Source: Candidatus Bathyarchaeota archaeon (lineage in GTDB: Archaea > Thermoproteota > Bathyarchaeia > Bathyarchaeales > Bathycorpusculaceae). Taken from it: a DNA stretch of 64,000 nt. The stretch spans positions 96,001-160,000 of the forward strand of contig CAVZKL010000017.1 of NCBI GenBank assembly GCA_963775895.1, read 5' to 3'. A program made the position numbers and the translations under genes. Shown here one piece after another: positions 10,046 through 19,404 of the stretch. Position 1 is the first letter of the stretch. Each line of letters starts with the position of its first letter. The notes beneath the pieces were generated by a model. That model worked only from the letters and a program-made list of their open reading frames with translations, made no database searches and was not told the origin of the DNA.

Positions 10046-10201
10046 ATGCCAAAGAAATGGACTCTTCTAATAGATGACGAATTGGATGAGAGATTCAGAA
10101 AAGCCGTGTTTGAGACAAAAGGAATGCACAAGGGCAATTTGACCGAAGCAATGGAAGAGGCGATGAGATGCTGGATAGAGCAACAAAAGAAGAAAAAATG
10201 A
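10046..10201 (+). CDS. ribbon-helix-helix-like microprotein (51 aa)
   Basis: Own translation MPKKWTLLIDDELDERFRKAVFETKGMHKGNLTEAMEEAMRCWIEQQKKKK; AGGTGA SD-like site; ATGA overlap with the next gene. Confidence 0.75.
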   Translation: MPKKWTLLIDDELDERFRKAVFETKGMHKGNLTEAMEEAMRCWIEQQKKKK

Positions 10202-10611
10202 AAAAGCGTGAAAAAGAGGCGGAAGAGCTTCTTACGGAGATAGATAGTCTCCGTAAAGATATAATGACAGAATTGGAAAGGGAAAAGGCATCACGATGGG
10301 CTAGTTCAAAAGATAAGAGCCGTCTGAAACGTTTTCGAGAATTATACACAATAAGCTTGATGCTCCTTGACCAGCGCATAAGAGACGAACTTTTCCTTGG
10401 CAAGTTGAAAGTGCAAGTGGATAACTTAAACGAAATGTTGCAGAAAATTGCTGAAAAAGTTGATGTTGACCTCTCCAGCCTAAAAACTGAGGTCGAAACA
10501 TTGCATAAGACCATACAAGAGCCCATGTTCGCCGAAGTTGCTCAATTCGTAAAATTCGTGAAAAGTAATATCGAACAATCTAAAAAAGCAGGAGAACAAT
10601 ATGTCGAGTGA
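10198..10611 (+). CDS. coiled-coil hypothetical passenger protein
   Basis: ORF 10168-10611; start placed at the ATGA overlap. Confidence 0.7.
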   Translation: MKKREKEAEELLTEIDSLRKDIMTELEREKASRWASSKDKSRLKRFRELYTISLMLLDQRIRDELFLGKLKVQVDNLNEMLQKIAEKVDVDLSSLKTEVETLHKTIQEPMFAEVAQFVKFVKSNIEQSKKAGEQYVE

Positions 10612-10873
10612 CATGCTTGGAGAGATTATCAATACTCTCCAAGAGCTTAGGCGAATGCATCAGTTGAATTTTGAGCTTCTTGAAGAATTAAATGTAGCTT
10701 GTGCCTATCTTCTAGAAAACCATGCAAGCCTACCTAACCAAGAGAAGCTTGCGTCTCTTCTCTCGAAAGCTATGACACTTCTCAAAGAAATCAACACTGA
10801 ACCCCTATCCGACGAATTTTTACAGCGAAAGAAATCCGACAAAGACTTTACAGAACCCGATTCCTCATCTTGA
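10601..10873 (+). CDS. helical hypothetical protein whose 3' end overlaps the right inverted repeat
   Basis: 90 aa, overlaps the upstream gene, GGAGA SD-like site; stop codon lies outside the element. Confidence 0.65.
   Translation: MSSDMLGEIINTLQELRRMHQLNFELLEELNVACAYLLENHASLPNQEKLASLLSKAMTLLKEINTEPLSDEFLQRKKSDKDFTEPDSSS
10806..10857 (-). repeat. right terminal inverted repeat
   Basis: Reverse complement is GGTTCTGTAAAGTCTTTGTCGGATTTCTTTCGCTGTAAAAATTCGTCGGATA. Confidence 0.9.
10858..10865 (+). repeat. right target-site duplication CGATTCCT
   Basis: Identical to 7655-7662. Confidence 0.9.
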
Positions 10874-11030
10874 GCATTTTCAACACGGCAAAAGACAAGT
10901 TTTGAGGCGTGTCATCGGCGCTTATTTAGTAAGAAAATCTGAGGATCAAGGATTTTGATAGGCAGACAGGGCCACTTTAATAATCTTTCAGCGTTATGAC
11001 AAACGATAACGGCACGGGTGCGTAGAAAAC

Positions 11031-11423
11031 ATGCTAGCAGATTTCATTGTTGTCATGGATCGAGAACTGGTCAACATGATTCTTGAGGGTGCCAGAAGGC
11101 TTTACCCAAGGGAGTCCTTCCTGCTTCTCCGAGGAAAGAAAAGCAAGAACACGATCAAAATAACGGACCTGCTGGTTCCTCCACTCGCAAACTATGGCCG
11201 TGGTTTTGCTGAAGTCCAACTTCACAGGTTGCCGATGGATTTTTCAATCGTCGGAACAGTGCATTCTCACCCTTCTGGAAATCTTAATCCCTCAAGCATG
11301 GATCTTAACCATCTGATCGGACGCATTCTTATGATCATGGCATATCCATTTGCCGATGAGAGTAACATTGCCGTTTACAGTCGCAGCGGAGAAAAGGTGC
11401 AGCTTCAGGTAACTGAGACCTGA
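11031..11423 (+). CDS. JAMM/MPN+ (Mov34) metalloprotease
   Basis: YPRE...GTVHSHPSG..PS..D motif. Confidence 0.85.
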   Translation: MLADFIVVMDRELVNMILEGARRLYPRESFLLLRGKKSKNTIKITDLLVPPLANYGRGFAEVQLHRLPMDFSIVGTVHSHPSGNLNPSSMDLNHLIGRILMIMAYPFADESNIAVYSRSGEKVQLQVTET

Positions 11424-11476
11424 GAAGCAATTGTGGAAGATGCGGGCACAAACGTGATAATCATGGGGCTGAAGCT

Positions 11477-12588
11477 TTGCCGACAAGGGTCATAATGCTC
11501 GTTGACTTGGACTACTTCTACGCCCAGAGTGAGGAGCTCAGAAATCCTTCTCTGAAAAACAAGCCAGTCGTTGTTTGTGTCTTCTCAGGACGCACCGAAG
11601 AAAGCGGTGCTGTTAGCACCGCGAATTACATCGCACGTGGTTATGGAGTCAGGTCCGGTATGCCAATCTACTTGGCGAAGAAGAAGCTCGAGAGCGTCAA
11701 TGCCGCATTCCTGCCTGTTGACGAGAAACTTTACACGGAGACATCCGACAAAGTGATGCAGGTGCTGAGAGTCTACGCTGATGAATTTGAGCAAGTGGGT
11801 ATTGATGAGGCCTATCTTGACGTCACGAAACGGGTGCAAGCGGAGTTTTCAAAACGCCAAAAATCTCGCTAACACGATAAAGAGTGAGCTGCGCAATCAA
11901 CTAGGGCTGACTTGTTCCATCGGGGTGGGGCCGAACAAACTTGTCGCAAAGATCGCAGCAGACGAAAAGAAGCCTGACGGATTGACAATCGTGGAACCGG
12001 ATAGAGTCAAGAGGGTTCTTAGAACCTCTTCCTGCAAATCGTCTTCTCGGCGTGGGCGTGAAAACTGCGAAAAAAATGGCGGCTATGAACATCTGTACGA
12101 TTGGCGATCTTGCAAAGTATGATGTTCAGAGACTGATTTCCACGTTTGGCAGGACTCTCGGGACGTACTTTCACAACGCCTCCATTGGAGTTGACAATGA
12201 GCCTGTAAAAGAGAGAGGTGAGGCAGGGTCACTGAGTAGAATTGCCACTCTCATGCAAAACACCAGCGACTCGAGCGTTGTCCTTGAGAAGGCCAACGAA
12301 CTCTGTGTCGACCTGTATGCAAGTATCGCTGAGCAGAAACTGACGTTCAAATCGGTCAGCATAATCTTGATTGCCAAAGACCTGAGTGTCTACAGTCGAT
12401 CCAGAACACTTGAGAGCTCATCGAACAGCTTGGAAATGATGGAGAAAGTTGCCGGAGAGCTTTTTGAAGCGTTCCTGAGCGAAAACCCCATTGAACTTCG
12501 AAGGGTCGGGGTGAAGCTTTCAGGTCTTTCGGGCATTGGAAAGGGTCAGAAGCAGATTACTGGCTTTTTCGGTTCTCCACAAGACTAG
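11477..12588 (+). CDS. dinB: DNA polymerase IV (Dpo4/DinB), two frameshifts
   Basis: DLDYFYAQ, STANY.AR.YGV.SGM, GIDEAYLD, NKLVAKIA, RRVGV; C-terminal QKQITGFF PIP box. Confidence 0.9.
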
Positions 12589-12657
12589 CTCGCTTACGGC
12601 AGTGTGCTTCTGGAGAAGCCTTATCTTTCTAAGAATTCACGTTGCTATTGAACCAGT

Positions 12658-13260
12658 ATGACCTCTAGAGCTGAAAAGAAAAAGTCCGATAGGTTGCCTC
12701 CAGGGCAGTCTCCTATAAAGGAACTTTTGAGATGGGGAAAAGATCACCCCGGGATCGCCCGTTCTAACCCCAAGATAGATCTGAAGACCTACACGCTGGA
12801 AATAGGCGGAGAAGTAGAAAGACCAGTCAGACTCAACTGGGAGGAAGTTCTGAGACTTCCAAAAGTGGAGTCGGTGAGTGACTTCCACTGCGTGGAAGGA
12901 TGGAGCGTGCTTGACTGCAGGTGGAAAGGCGTTCAGTTCAAAAGGATAGTCGAACTGGTGAAGCCGAAGGAAAGAGCAAAGTTCGTGACTTTCCATTGTG
13001 CAGACGGGTACACAACTTCATTTACGTTGGATGAACTTTCTGGGGACAACGTTCTTTTGGCCTATGGGCTAAACGGTGAACCCTTGGAAGAGGGATATGG
13101 ATTTCCGTTGAGACTCGTCGTTCCAGACAAATACGCGTACAAGAGTGCCTTGTGGGTCGTGAAAATACGGTTCACAGTTGAAAAAGAGCTTGGGTTCTGG
13201 GAAAGACGAGGCTACAGCGACAAAGCAGATGTTTGGACTAGCGATCGCTTTTCAACGTGA
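12658..13260 (+). CDS. sulfite-oxidase-family molybdopterin oxidoreductase
   Basis: LPPGQ, DFHCVEGWS, GFPLRLVVP..YAYKS, GFWE.RGY. Confidence 0.85.
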   Translation: MTSRAEKKKSDRLPPGQSPIKELLRWGKDHPGIARSNPKIDLKTYTLEIGGEVERPVRLNWEEVLRLPKVESVSDFHCVEGWSVLDCRWKGVQFKRIVELVKPKERAKFVTFHCADGYTTSFTLDELSGDNVLLAYGLNGEPLEEGYGFPLRLVVPDKYAYKSALWVVKIRFTVEKELGFWERRGYSDKADVWTSDRFST

Positions 13261-13340
13261 GCTAGAGTCTGGTTTCATTGGGTGACTGACAGAAAGGTTA
13301 TTCTACTTTCAAGGACAAACACGCTAACCAAGTCTACCAG

Positions 13341-14270
13341 GTGGGTTTATTGTCGGATCCAGTTCAGACAGCAGTCAAACAGATAAGACGCCTCGAGATT
13401 CAAGGTGCGAGAAACGTGGCCATTGCCGCTATCAAGTCGATAGAAGCTCTTGCGTCGCGAACCGAAGCCTCCAACAAGAAGGATTTTCTGAGAGAACTGA
13501 TCAAATCCAAGGATGCCCTTTTTGCTTCCAGAGCGACGGAGCCTCTCATGCGAAACGCCCTGAGACTGATCATAAATCGGGTTGACAGGAGTGAAGAAAA
13601 GAATGTCAATAAACTCGCAGAGATCGTGTATCAGGCTTCGAAACAGTTTCTCGGGGATCTTGAAAACTCCAGCAAGAGAATTGCTGAAATAGGCTCGAAG
13701 AGGATCAAAAGCAACTCTGTTGTCTTGACACACTGCCACTCTTCGACGGTTACCGACCTTTTGAAGAGGGCCAAGTTTGAAGGCAAGGTTTTTAAGGTCA
13801 TTTGTACGGAAACGAGACCTGTCCTTCAAGGGCAGATTACTGCGAAAGAAATGCTGGAGATGGGGGTAGAAACAACGTTCATCGTGGATTCTGCCGCGCG
13901 GTTCTTCATGAATGACGTTGACCTTGTTCTCGTTGGCGCCGATGCGATAACGTCCGAAGGAAACGTGATCAACAAAATCGGGACGAGCATGGTTGCTTTG
14001 ATAGCCCATGAGGCTAGGACGCCTTTCTACGTCGTCAGTGAGCTGTTGAAGTTTGATCCTGCAACCGTTTCGGGTGACTACGAGAAGATTGAAGAGAGAA
14101 GTCCTAATGAAATATGGAAGAATGCTCCGAAGGAATTGATAATTAGAAACCCGGCGTTTGACGTAACTCGTAGAGACTTCATTCACGGCATAATCTGTGA
14201 AGACGGAATGATATCCCCGCACTCGATAACGGAAGTAATGCACAGAAAATACCCGTGGGTCTTTGAATAA
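13341..14270 (+). CDS. ribose-1,5-bisphosphate isomerase (eIF2B-like)
   Basis: IQGA, THCHSS (catalytic Cys), ETRP, GADAI, NKIGT, NPAFDVT; adjacent to AMP phosphorylase. Confidence 0.85.
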   Translation: MGLLSDPVQTAVKQIRRLEIQGARNVAIAAIKSIEALASRTEASNKKDFLRELIKSKDALFASRATEPLMRNALRLIINRVDRSEEKNVNKLAEIVYQASKQFLGDLENSSKRIAEIGSKRIKSNSVVLTHCHSSTVTDLLKRAKFEGKVFKVICTETRPVLQGQITAKEMLEMGVETTFIVDSAARFFMNDVDLVLVGADAITSEGNVINKIGTSMVALIAHEARTPFYVVSELLKFDPATVSGDYEKIEERSPNEIWKNAPKELIIRNPAFDVTRRDFIHGIICEDGMISPHSITEVMHRKYPWVFE

Positions 14271-14336
14271 AGAGTCTTAGGTCTTTTCAAAGCCTTTAAT
14301 TCCGATCAATTATACTATCTGCGAGGTTGAATACTT

Positions 14337-15881
14337 ATGAACCTGAGAGCTAGGCTCCTGAACATTCAAGCCGGAGGAAAAAACATTGCCATACTTGATG
14401 ACGCCGACGCAAGCTCACTCGGTGTTCATTCATCGGATCGTGTGAAGATAAACTACAAAGACAAGTGTGCTGTCGCCATCCTCAACGTTGCCGCCAATTT
14501 TCCAAGTCATTCAATTGGACTCTACGAGGAAACCTCGCGAAAACTGGGGATGACCGCTGAAGACGCCGTTGAGGTCGAAGCGGCCACGCCTCCAGAGTCA
14601 ATCAGTTACATACAAGCGAAAATAAGGAATGAACGGCTGCGCGAAAATGAAATAATGTCCGTGATCAGGGATGTCGTGGAGCGTCATCTCAGCGATATCG
14701 AACTTTCTTCGTTTCTTACTGCCCTGTACATTCACGGGTTGAGTATGGATGAGATCGAAGCTCTGTCGATAGCGATGGTGAAAACTGGGAGCTCGTTATC
14801 ACTTGGCAAGAAGCCTATACTTGACAAGCATAGTATTGGCGGGATACCTGGAGACAAAACCTCAATTCTCGTGGTACCTATAATAGCCGCCGCTGGCTTC
14901 ACGATCCCGAAAACTTCTTCCAGAGCAGTGACGTCGCCTGCAGGAACGGCTGACCGGGTTGAATCATTGTGTCCAGTCAACCTTTCCCTCGAAGAAATAC
15001 GACCCGTCGTAGAAAAAACGAACGGTTGCTTAGTTTGGGGTGGAGCGCTCGATCTGGCTCCTGCGGATGATCTTTTCATTCAGATCGAGTACCCATTGGC
15101 GATAGATCCGATGCTTCTTCCCTCAATAATGAGCAAGAAGAAGGCAATCGGCGCCACGCACGTCGTGCTAGATATCCCCACGGGCAGAGGTGCCAAGATT
15201 AAGACGATAGGCGAGGCTGGTGCACTTGCCGCGGATTTTATTGACCTGGGCAAACGATTAGGCATGAACGTGCAATGCGGGGTCACTTTCGGAGAGCAGC
15301 CGCTTGGCAACGCGGTAGGTCCAGCATTGGAAGCAAAAGAGGCGTTGTCGACCATAATGGGAAATGGTCCAGTTGACGTGCGCGAGAAGGCGATCAGTCT
15401 TGCAGGAATTCTTCTGGAGATGGTTGGGAAAGAGAACGGAAAGCAAATCGCTGAAGAACTATTGAAGTCGGGAAAGGCCGAGAAGAAACTGAGAGAGATC
15501 ATTGAAGCTCAAGGCGGGAACCCCGGGGTGAAACCTGAAGATCTGGCAATCGGCAAGGAGCGGGCTTCAGTGGAGGCCGATGATGACGGACTAGTTCTGT
15601 ATATCAGCAATGAAGACATCGCGAAGATTGCGAAACAGGCCGGAGCTCCGAAGGACAAGGGTGCAGGATTGTTGCTCAGGGCAAAGCTTGGGGATCGTGT
15701 CAAGAAAGGTCAGATTATTCTGGACATATTTGCCGAGAGGAGCACCAAACTCGAATCTGCACTGATGCTCGCAAACAAACTCAAACCACTGGGCCTCAGC
15801 AAAAAGCCCGAGGACAGAATGTTGATGGAAAGAATTCCAACAGTAGCTGTACACAAGAAGACTTTCATACTGGAAAGATGA
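14337..15881 (+). CDS. AMP phosphorylase (thymidine phosphorylase family)
   Basis: N-terminal extension, DKHSIGGIPGDKT, KTSSRA.TSPAGTAD, APADD, SIMSKK. Confidence 0.9.
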   Translation: MNLRARLLNIQAGGKNIAILDDADASSLGVHSSDRVKINYKDKCAVAILNVAANFPSHSIGLYEETSRKLGMTAEDAVEVEAATPPESISYIQAKIRNERLRENEIMSVIRDVVERHLSDIELSSFLTALYIHGLSMDEIEALSIAMVKTGSSLSLGKKPILDKHSIGGIPGDKTSILVVPIIAAAGFTIPKTSSRAVTSPAGTADRVESLCPVNLSLEEIRPVVEKTNGCLVWGGALDLAPADDLFIQIEYPLAIDPMLLPSIMSKKKAIGATHVVLDIPTGRGAKIKTIGEAGALAADFIDLGKRLGMNVQCGVTFGEQPLGNAVGPALEAKEALSTIMGNGPVDVREKAISLAGILLEMVGKENGKQIAEELLKSGKAEKKLREIIEAQGGNPGVKPEDLAIGKERASVEADDDGLVLYISNEDIAKIAKQAGAPKDKGAGLLLRAKLGDRVKKGQIILDIFAERSTKLESALMLANKLKPLGLSKKPEDRMLMERIPTVAVHKKTFILER

Positions 15882-15939
15882 TTGAAGGACTTTGGTTTTC
15901 ACTCCATATCTACAAAGCGATAAGGCTGTCAGGTTTGAC

Positions 15940-16371
15940 ATGATATTTATGCGAAAGCAAGAAACCAGCGACGAAAACGGTCTGGAGCAACAGTTCAAGG
16001 TACGCATCGTGTGGCTTGTCGCAAGTGGGGACGTCGAGAAAGCGCTGGAGCTGCTTGCAAAGCATTTCGAGGTTAGTGTTCCTAAACTGAAGATTGGTCT
16101 TCCCAAACGTCATAGACTGAAGACACTTGGCTGCTACATCCCAGAGAATGAGACAATATATCTGCTCAATGGTGAGACACTGACGAATCCATCCGTTATC
16201 CTACACGAGTTTTACCATCACCTACGAACGTCAATCGACAAGAAGCACAGAGGAACGGAGAAATACGCGAACAGATTTGCCAAAGAATTCATTGCAGCCT
16301 ATCAAGCCTTCGGTACTTCTATTCTTGGGAAAGCCAAACCGCCTTCAGGCAATCAAATAGAGAAAGATTGA
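15940..16371 (+). CDS. hypothetical HExxH protein
   Basis: VILHEFYHHL...EKYANRFA. Confidence 0.6.
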   Translation: MIFMRKQETSDENGLEQQFKVRIVWLVASGDVEKALELLAKHFEVSVPKLKIGLPKRHRLKTLGCYIPENETIYLLNGETLTNPSVILHEFYHHLRTSIDKKHRGTEKYANRFAKEFIAAYQAFGTSILGKAKPPSGNQIEKD

Positions 16372-16452
16372 ATTCTCGGAAAACGTTCTGAAGAATCGTA
16401 GCTCACTTTAAATATCAGAGTTGTGATTAGACGTAGCGAGAGGATATTATCC

Positions 16453-16893
16453 ATGGGTTCTAAGTCCCCTAAAGGCGAATTCGGTGCAAGAGCCCTCGTC
16501 GAAAAGAGAAAGAGGTTCCGCTGGAGCAGCATGTACTACAAGCGTCGAATGTTGAGGCTCGACGTCAAAGCGGACCCGCTTGAGGGAGCACCCATGGGAC
16601 GTGGAATCGTGCTGGAGAAGGTCGGCGTGGAGAGCAAGCAGCCTAACAGCGCGATTCGCAAGTGTGTAAGGACTCAGCTTATCAAGAATGGACGTTTGAT
16701 CACGGCTTTTCTTCCTGGAGACGGTGCGTTGAACGTCGTCGACGAACACGATGAAGTGCTCGTTGAAGGAATAGGAGGTTCACGTGGAAGAAGTATGGGC
16801 GACATTCCAGGAGTTCGCTGGAAGGTCATCACAGTTAACGGGGTTTCTTTGAACGAACTCGTCTACGGGCGGAAACAGAAACCGGCTCGGTGA
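16453..16893 (+). CDS. rps12: 30S ribosomal protein S12 (uS12)
   Basis: [20 protein letters not shown]. Confidence 0.97.
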   Translation: MGSKSPKGEFGARALVEKRKRFRWSSMYYKRRMLRLDVKADPLEGAPMGRGIVLEKVGVESKQPNSAIRKCVRTQLIKNGRLITAFLPGDGALNVVDEHDEVLVEGIGGSRGRSMGDIPGVRWKVITVNGVSLNELVYGRKQKPAR

Positions 16894-17492
16894 GTTTTTT
16901 GAGTCAGAAGCAAGAAGAGAAGCAGGCGAGAGAAATAAAGCTCTTCGGGAAATGGAGTTTCAAAGGTATTGCGGTTCTTGATCCGGGGCTTCAAAGGTAC
17001 ATTTCGCTCAAGCCAGTGGTGATTCCTCACAGTATGGGAAGGCATGAGCACAAACGTTTTCGCAAAGCGAGTGTCAACATCGTGGAGCGCTTGGCAAACA
17101 ACATAATGCGTCCTGGAAAAAACGCTGGCAAGAAGGCTAAAGTAACAAACATGGTTAAGCACGCCCTTGAAATAATCAACTTGCGCACGGGCAAAAACCC
17201 GGTTGAAGTTTTGGTCAAAGCCGTAGAGAATTCTGCTCCGTGTGAAGACACAACAAGGATCAGCTACGGTGGAATAGTCTACCACCTTTCAGTGGATGTT
17301 GCCCCGCAGAGAAGAGTTGACTTGGCATTGAGACATATTACAGACGGAGCTCGACAGGCTTCTTCGAACAACCCACGTTCCATCGATGAATGTCTGGCGG
17401 ACGAATTGATCTTGGCAGGAAACAAAGACGTGAAGAGTTTTGCAGTTGCAAAGCGCAACGAAATTGAAAGGGTAGCTCAAGCATCGCGGTAG
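16890..17492 (+). CDS. rps7: 30S ribosomal protein S7 (uS7)
   Basis: [28 protein letters not shown]. Confidence 0.97.
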   Translation: MSFLSQKQEEKQAREIKLFGKWSFKGIAVLDPGLQRYISLKPVVIPHSMGRHEHKRFRKASVNIVERLANNIMRPGKNAGKKAKVTNMVKHALEIINLRTGKNPVEVLVKAVENSAPCEDTTRISYGGIVYHLSVDVAPQRRVDLALRHITDGARQASSNNPRSIDECLADELILAGNKDVKSFAVAKRNEIERVAQASR

Positions 17493-17510
17493 CAGCTTTT
17501 GCAAATCGTT

Positions 17511-18686
17511 CTATTTCAGATGGATTTCTACGACATCGCCGTCTTTAAGATGAAAGGTTGTGCCAACTCTTTGTGGGCTGAAGACGAGACGTTTGGACCA
17601 CACCTTGGCAAAGTTGAAATTCTCTTTGAAATCACTATGGATTGCTTTGGCCAAATCGTAGATCGTGGCTCCCTTCTTGAGGATGAAAGGCTTCTCTGAA
17701 AATTCTCTTTCATTAGGTTCTTTCGTGTAAATTCGCATTATCTCCAATGTTCTGAAAAGGTTCTCGCCGAGTTCGTTGAGACCTTCGCCCGTTATCGTTG
17801 AGACTGGAATTATCGGAAGTCGGTCGCTGAGGTAAGCTTTCAACAGTTTTAGGTTTCCTTCGGCTCCTTCCAGGTCGATTTTGTTGCCCACTATTATTGT
17901 GGGTTTGAAAACCATCGTTTCAAAAACTGCTTCCTCCACATCGCTTAACGTTGCTTCACCGTAGATCTTTACAAAAGCGTCCGTGACGTTGTAGCCTTTT
18001 AGCAGTGTTTCAACTTCTCTGAAGGTGCAGTCGATTAGTCTTCCTAGGACCACGATTCGCAAGCCTGCGCCCATGTACTTTCTATCAATATCAACTCTTG
18101 ATTTCGGTTTGCTCGTCGAAATCCGCGCTTTGTTCATCTCATCCAATATTCTGGTCAACTGTTTGATCGGATCTCGTGACAGGTCGATCACGATAATCAG
18201 TCCGTCAGCATTTCGAGCGATGGCTAACGTCTTGAGCCCCCAAGCCTTTCCGTTCGCGGCGCCTTCCATCAGAGCCGGAGCCTCGATTATCTGGAATTGC
18301 AGATCCTCAAAATCCATGACTCCTGGAACGGGTTGCCTCGTGGCGTACGGGGTGGCTGAGATCTCAACTTTTGCGTTGGTAACTGAACTCAACAAACTGC
18401 TCTTCCCTGCTTTCGTCAGACTCAACAATACTACTTGCGCTGCACCCTCCTTTTCCAAGAAGATCTTGGGTCCGCTCTTTCCAGTCCTTTTCTTCTTTTT
18501 CTCTTCGATTTCCCTCTTGAGAGCAGCCATCTGCTTCTTGACCTGTGCACAGGTTTTGGCTGTGCCCTTGTGTTTGGGCACTAGGCTGAGAAATTCTTCC
18601 ATGCGCTGGATTCTTTCTCTTGGGTTTTTTGTCTCTTCGACTTCCGCCCATTTCTTCCTAGCGTCAGGGGGCAAATTAGCAGGCAT
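17511..18686 (-). CDS. DRG/OBG-family GTPase with TGS domain
   Basis: MPANLPP, PKHKGT, AGKSS, NKID, C-terminal TGS (IHSDF..FAKVW..DGDVVEI). Confidence 0.85.
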   Translation of the reverse strand: MPANLPPDARKKWAEVEETKNPRERIQRMEEFLSLVPKHKGTAKTCAQVKKQMAALKREIEEKKKKRTGKSGPKIFLEKEGAAQVVLLSLTKAGKSSLLSSVTNAKVEISATPYATRQPVPGVMDFEDLQFQIIEAPALMEGAANGKAWGLKTLAIARNADGLIIVIDLSRDPIKQLTRILDEMNKARISTSKPKSRVDIDRKYMGAGLRIVVLGRLIDCTFREVETLLKGYNVTDAFVKIYGEATLSDVEEAVFETMVFKPTIIVGNKIDLEGAEGNLKLLKAYLSDRLPIIPVSTITGEGLNELGENLFRTLEIMRIYTKEPNEREFSEKPFILKKGATIYDLAKAIHSDFKENFNFAKVWSKRLVFSPQRVGTTFHLKDGDVVEIHLK

Positions 18687-18919
18687 AAATTGAACGCGTC
18701 CAACTGATATTTCCCAAGGCCAAGTTTAATATTTGTTCCGATTTCGACGTTTGCATCGCACCTTTTCCGTTGTAGAACTGGCTGATCGAGTTAGTCATGA
18801 TTCCTGTGTGCGTTATCTGATCCTTCATGGGACCTTGGACCTACGGTTCAAGAAGAAAGTTGCGGTGAGTCTTCACCGGTTGTGCGCAGGCGCGAAGTCA
18901 TCTACCGTCTTTTACATTC

Positions 18920-19354
18920 TTAGGCTAATTGGCCGGGAGTGAAGGGAAGGAAGAAGCCGAACAGCAAACCCAGTATGACCAATAGTATGATGAAAATGAT
19001 TGCGGCTAGTATGGCTATTGCCAAGGCTCCTAGCCAGCGTGTCTTGAAGGTTGCCTTGTACACGCCGATCCAAGCTATGAATGCCAGTATGAAACCTGCG
19101 ATATAGCCTGAAGAACCCAGTAGTCCACCTAAGAGGAAGTCCACTGCCAAGAGTACTATGACGTAGACTATGGGGCCCAAGAGCGTGGCCGCCATCGCTT
19201 CTCCGAAAGTAGCTTTTCCTCTAGTCACCAACTTGCCTCCGATGTACGCTGGTATTGAAACTAGAATCCAGATGACTATCAAGGCTACGATTATTTCAAG
19301 CAAAGTTAGTATCGTGGTTCCGCTTGGAAATAGGGTTGAGAGAATCGAAATCAT
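18920..19354 (-). CDS. membrane protein
   Basis: 144 aa, about 4 TM helices. Confidence 0.7.
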   Translation of the reverse strand: MISILSTLFPSGTTILTLLEIIVALIVIWILVSIPAYIGGKLVTRGKATFGEAMAATLLGPIVYVIVLLAVDFLLGGLLGSSGYIAGFILAFIAWIGVYKATFKTRWLGALAIAILAAIIFIILLVILGLLFGFFLPFTPGQLA

Positions 19355-19404
19355 TGACTGTATTTTTGTCGTTGTCTTCTTATAAGACCTTTCCTTAGCG
19401 CGCG

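Larger units (their letters stand above)
7663..10857. mobile_element. 3,195-bp IS6-like transposon with passenger genes
   Basis: 52-bp terminal inverted repeats, 8-bp TSD, DDE transposase and six further ORFs inside; appears more AT-rich than the flanks. Confidence 0.9.

Noticed and set aside
13347-14243. 298-aa minus-strand ORF
   Set aside because: Antisense shadow of the R15P isomerase with no recognisable motifs
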